64,000 nt of DNA from Bacteroidota bacterium (lineage in GTDB: Bacteria; Bacteroidota; Bacteroidia; JAFLBG01): NCBI GenBank assembly GCA_017303975.1, contig JAFLBG010000001.1, positions 91,988 through 155,987 on the forward strand, given 5' to 3'. The notes below the pieces were generated by a model. That model did not search any database, was not told the origin of the DNA, and saw only the letters and a program-made list of their open reading frames with translations. The translations under genes were made by a program, and so were the position numbers. Shown in pieces: positions 60,426 to 64,000 of the stretch (position 1 is the first letter of the stretch; each line of letters begins with the position of its first letter).

Positions 60426-62321
60426 ATGTATAAATCCTTACAACACTTTGTAGATGCGCTTGAAAAAGCAGGCGAATTAATTCGCATCAAAGAATATGTA
60501 AATCCGCATTTAGAAATTACAGAGATTGTAGATCGTATTTCCAAATCGGAAAACAATAAAGCGCTGCTATTCGAAAACACAGGCACCTCATTTCCGTTGC
60601 TTATCAATTCCATGGGTTCATACAAGCGCATGTGTATTGCACTTGGGGTAAACGAACTAGATGACATAGCAAAAGAAATCGAGGGATTATTCAAATCGTT
60701 GGCATCACCGAAAGAAGGAATTCTAGATAAACTGAAGATGCTTCCAATGCTTGGTGAAATATCGTCTTGGATGCCCAAAACTATTTCAGGAAAAGGAGCA
60801 TGTCAAGAAGTGGTGATGGAAAAACCTGATTTGACAAAACTACCCGTAATGAAATGCTGGCCGGAAGATGGCGGTCCATTTATTACATTACCCGTTATCA
60901 ATACCATTGAGCCCAATACCGGAATACGAAATGTAGGAATGTATCGTATGCAAATTTTTGGTCCTGCATTAACCGGAATGCATTGGCATAAACACAAAGT
61001 ATCCGCAGGACATTTCAATGAATATAAAAAACTGGGCAAGAAAATGCCTGTAGCTGTTGCTCTTGGGGGCGACCCTGTTTATACGTATGCCGCTACAGCT
61101 CCACTTCCTCCTAATGTGGACGAATACATGCTTGCGGGCTTCTTACGAAAAAGGAAAGTAGAATTGGTAAAGTGTTTAACACAAGATATACATGTTCCGG
61201 CTGATGCCGATTTTATTATTGAAGGCTATGTAGATCCTGCAGATGAATTAATTTGGGAGGGGCCATTCGGAGACCACACCGGCTATTATTCCCTGGCGGA
61301 TTACTATCCAAAATTTCATGTTACATGTATTACACATAAAAAGAATGCTATTTATCCATCTACCATTGTTGGTATTCCTCCGCAAGAAGATGCTTGGATA
61401 GGTAAAGCAACAGAACGTATTTTTTTGGCTCCTATAAAAATGACATTGGTGCCTGAAATACTAGATATGGAGCTGCCTATAGAAGGAGTGTTTCACAACC
61501 TCACGATTGTTAAAATAAAAAAAGAATTTCCAGGTCACGCACAAAAAGTGATGAATGCCATGTGGGGTGCAGGACAGATGATGTTCAATAAAATTTTGGT
61601 AATTGTAGATGAGCATGTAACGATTCAAAATTATTTGGATGTAGCGCAAGCAATAAGTAAAAATGTAAATCCATCTTCTGATATCTATTTGGGCCAAGGA
61701 CCAATGGATGTGCTTGATCACTCTTGTTCTAAATTTGCATTTGGCGGGAAAATGGGAATAGATGCTACAACGAAATTTCCAGAAGAAATTTCTAAGTCCG
61801 AAATCCTAATTTCTAAATCCGAAATAAATACTAAAGAAATTAAAAATAAATATTCAGAAATAATAGATATTAATGTAACGCTTGCCAATATTGGAGTTTT
61901 AGCTGTTTTAATTTCTGTAAAAAAGAATAAGAAAAAGCATATTAAATGGCTGAATGAAGAATTGTTTAAGTTGGAAGAGTTTAAGCAATTTAAGTTTGCG
62001 ATTTATGTAGAGGAAACTGTAGATGCTTTTGATATAAAAGATGTTATTTGGCGCTGGGCAAATAATATAGACGCGCGTAGAGACACCTACATTATTGAAA
62101 CAGAAACAACATCACATGTAGGTTTTGATGGAACTCGTAAAACAAAAGAGCTAGATAATTTTGATCGTGATTGGCCTAATATTATATGTTCTGACGAAGC
62201 TACTATAAAAGCAATTGACGAAAAATGGAATACATTGGGACTAGGAACCTTTGTTTTCTCTCCCTCCATAAAATACCAAAAGCAGATGTACAAAGGTGGA
62301 GCGGTGGTAACAGAAAACTAA
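60426..62321 (+). CDS. UbiD-family (menaquinone-biosynthesis-type) decarboxylase with a long C-terminal extension
   Basis: 'GPFITLP...GMYRMQ...GGDPV' UbiD core of about 490 aa, then a further ~140 aa. Contains a 21-nt tandem duplication (ISKSEIL/ISKSEIN). Confidence 0.8.
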   Translation: MYKSLQHFVDALEKAGELIRIKEYVNPHLEITEIVDRISKSENNKALLFENTGTSFPLLINSMGSYKRMCIALGVNELDDIAKEIEGLFKSLASPKEGILDKLKMLPMLGEISSWMPKTISGKGACQEVVMEKPDLTKLPVMKCWPEDGGPFITLPVINTIEPNTGIRNVGMYRMQIFGPALTGMHWHKHKVSAGHFNEYKKLGKKMPVAVALGGDPVYTYAATAPLPPNVDEYMLAGFLRKRKVELVKCLTQDIHVPADADFIIEGYVDPADELIWEGPFGDHTGYYSLADYYPKFHVTCITHKKNAIYPSTIVGIPPQEDAWIGKATERIFLAPIKMTLVPEILDMELPIEGVFHNLTIVKIKKEFPGHAQKVMNAMWGAGQMMFNKILVIVDEHVTIQNYLDVAQAISKNVNPSSDIYLGQGPMDVLDHSCSKFAFGGKMGIDATTKFPEEISKSEILISKSEINTKEIKNKYSEIIDINVTLANIGVLAVLISVKKNKKKHIKWLNEELFKLEEFKQFKFAIYVEETVDAFDIKDVIWRWANNIDARRDTYIIETETTSHVGFDGTRKTKELDNFDRDWPNIICSDEATIKAIDEKWNTLGLGTFVFSPSIKYQKQMYKGGAVVTEN

Positions 62322-62331
62322 AATTATTCAT

Positions 62332-62821
62332 TTGAACACACAAGTACTTGAAATAAAAAAACAGGCAGATGCAATAATTGATGAAAATGAGCGAATAAGA
62401 TATTTATGTTTTCAGGCATACTCTTTTTTAGGTGGAGCCGAGAATATTGGAATATCTATTTTGGATTATGCTAAGCAAGTAGCAAAAAAAATGGTCTTGA
62501 AGAATTACCCATTATTGTTAATAATGCCAAATGCAGGCTTTATTAAGAAATGAGCAACTACAAGGTCGCCTCTATTTTATCAACTATTCTTTACAGAAGA
62601 TAGAGGCTTACCCTACTATAGAAGATTCCTTAAAAATTGGAACCAATACTTCAGCAGCAAATTATTTCTCTAAGATTTACAATTATTCTAAAGGATTTGT
62701 GTTAGAAAGCGATCAGTTGATAACGCAAATACAAACAACACCTTCCCTTGCTCCCGGCTTATATACCATTTCCGCGTCTAGCAACAATAACTTTTACAAT
62801 AGAAAAATTGTTGTGAGGTAA
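62332..62821 (+). pseudogene. Two overlapping small ORFs (73 and 96 aa), possibly one frameshifted gene
   Basis: The ORFs 62332..62553 and 62531..62821 overlap by 23 nt in different frames. No recognisable motifs. Confidence 0.25.
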
Positions 62822-62833
62822 CACCATTTTTTT

Positions 62834-62909
62834 GGTGGAGAATATCGGATTCGAACCGATCACCTCTTCACTGCCAGCGAAGCGCTCTAGCCAAATGAGC
62901 TAATTCCCC
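62834..62909 (-). tRNA. tRNA-Ala (anticodon GGC)
   Basis: On the minus strand: GGGGAAT acceptor with a G3:U70 pair, anticodon loop CTGGCAG, T-arm GGTTCGAATCC, 3' ACCA. Confidence 0.85.
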
Positions 62910-62979
62910 AATTAGTGCAAATATAAAAAACTTCTTGCCACAAATAGCTTTTATAAATGGCAAAACGAAAATTGGGCAA

Positions 62980-63435
62980 TTATTTCTTAAACGATTTTTT
63001 GCTTGCCTTATCCATTCTTCTAGTTTCTTTTCCGCCAATGCCAAGTAGTTTAAATCCTTTTCTCTTTTTCTTTTTGTAGAAAGATTCTCCTCGTTTGCCG
63101 GTAGGTTTAAATTTCTTTTTTCGTTTGTAAGAAAAAGCATCGGCTGTCATATTGTATCCGCCACGCACACCCCTCGACCGCATACGTGCACTGTAGTCAC
63201 TTTGGTGCGAATTTTGCCTTGAGCCTAAAGAAAATTTTTTTCGCTTCGATTTAGACATTTTTCTTCTTTGCTTAGAAGAAATTCCTCTTGAGTGCTTTAC
63301 GCTGTGCGAGCGCTTTCTGGAACTAAACGGGTCAGAGTCAGGACCACCTGCATACGCAGAAACAGAATATCCATCGAATGTACTCGATAAAAAAAATAAG
63401 ATTAAAATAAATACTCCAATGAGTTGTTTGGACAT
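62980..63435 (-). CDS. Secreted, extremely basic low-complexity protein
   Basis: Signal peptide MSKQLIGVFILILFFLSSTF. The mature part is about 35% Lys/Arg with Ser/Gly (KRKKKFKPTGKRG...). Confidence 0.45.
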   Translation of the reverse strand: MSKQLIGVFILILFFLSSTFDGYSVSAYAGGPDSDPFSSRKRSHSVKHSRGISSKQRRKMSKSKRKKFSLGSRQNSHQSDYSARMRSRGVRGGYNMTADAFSYKRKKKFKPTGKRGESFYKKKKRKGFKLLGIGGKETRRMDKASKKSFKK

Positions 63436-63448
63436 AAAATTAATTCAA

Positions 63449-64000
63449 CTAAAAGATACTATTTTTTCTTCTTCTTGTCGTGCTTCTTGGCGTTTTCCCA
63501 AATAACATGCCAAACAAGCCTCTTACCAAGGATTTGCCAATTTCTTTAGTTACCGGGCTCCCCAATACTTGTTCCATGGTCGATTTTTCGGGCTTTGTTT
63601 TTTCTTTTTTCTGCTCGGTAGTTTTTTCGGATGTAGCATTATTTTGTGCAGCAATCCGCTCTGTTAAAATATCGTGTGCGCTTCTGCTATCTAGCTGTTC
63701 CTGATATTTTTTGTACAAGTCAGAATTCGCAATATGTGTAGTAAACTCATCTTCTGTAAGCATTCCCATCATAGATCTTGGCGGAAATAAATGAGTTACG
63801 GCCGGAGTGGTTGGTATTCCTTTTTCATTCAACACCGTTACCAATGCCTGGCCAATTCCCATAGATGTCAATACTTTTTCAATAGCATAGAACTCGGTGG
63901 TGGGGTATGTTTTAGCGGTCTTTTTTAAATTGTCGGCATCGTTTGGTGTAAAAGCTCTTAACGCGTGTTGTATTCTGTTCCCGAGTTGCCCCAATACACT
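63449..64000 (-). CDS. C-terminal part of a HerA-like / DUF853-family NTPase (partial, continues beyond window)
   Basis: The frame is open to the window edge. The C-terminal tail 'LVRGLFGMLFGK...RRRKNS' and the preceding helical region resemble YjgR/DUF853 C-termini. Confidence 0.4.
   Translation of the reverse strand, partial: SVLGQLGNRIQHALRAFTPNDADNLKKTAKTYPTTEFYAIEKVLTSMGIGQALVTVLNEKGIPTTPAVTHLFPPRSMMGMLTEDEFTTHIANSDLYKKYQEQLDSRSAHDILTERIAAQNNATSEKTTEQKKEKTKPEKSTMEQVLGSPVTKEIGKSLVRGLFGMLFGKTPRSTTRRRKNSIF

Noticed and set aside
62868-63140. 90-aa ORF on - strand
   Set aside because: It overlaps the tRNA-Ala gene and the 3' end of the basic-protein gene. This is a spurious frame.

Overview
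AT-rich (~35-38% GC) chromosomal segment, apparently from a Bacteroidota genome (a flavobacterial or sphingobacterial type, judging by several T9SS C-terminal-domain cargo proteins and Bacteroidetes-style promoter elements). I did not see a CRISPR array, a recognisable phage or IS transposase, a known toxin-antitoxin pair or an obvious defence island in this window.

Housekeeping content:
- A complete Fe-S cluster assembly operon: sufA-sufB-sufC-sufD-sufS-sufE, followed by a DUF59/SufT-like gene and a DUF2480-like gene.
- purD, acs, metG, a DEAD-box helicase, Sua5/TsaC, sodA/B, eno, gltA and a UbiD-family decarboxylase.
- Two tRNAs: Ser-GGA on + and Ala-GGC on -.

Accessory and surface content:
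- Five large secreted proteins (one truncated by the window edge) carrying PKD domains; the four whose C-termini are in the window have a TIGR04131-like T9SS type-B C-terminal sorting domain.
- Two beta-propeller proteins (LVIVD repeat and SBBP repeat) with TIGR04183-like T9SS type-A sorting domains.
- A 1202-aa polytopic sensor histidine kinase with no adjacent response regulator.
- A TPR-TM-PP2C phosphatase.
- A DoxX/MauE-thioredoxin fusion flanked by two small Cys-rich lipoproteins.

The most unusual structure is in the suf operon. Every long intergenic spacer has been colonised by co-oriented selfish-looking inserts:
- Three paralogous 'four helix bundle' genes (TIGR02436/PF05635, the family first found inside 23S rRNA intervening sequences), each bracketed by its own inverted repeats. 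One pair is a perfect 22-bp IR; another matches at 19 of 20 positions.
- A VOC/glyoxalase gene plus a DUF559 (Vsr-like PD-(D/E)xK) gene, bracketed by ~70-bp GC-rich hairpin-containing direct repeats.
- A degenerate 'scar' between sufC and sufD.

The same AAAGTTT-heptamer inverted-repeat family occurs as a solo hairpin between gltA and the UbiD-like gene. It also occurs as an apparently in-frame insertion inside metG. This suggests an IVS-like or MITE-like mobile cassette system that targets palindromes. It is the main candidate for an undescribed system here.
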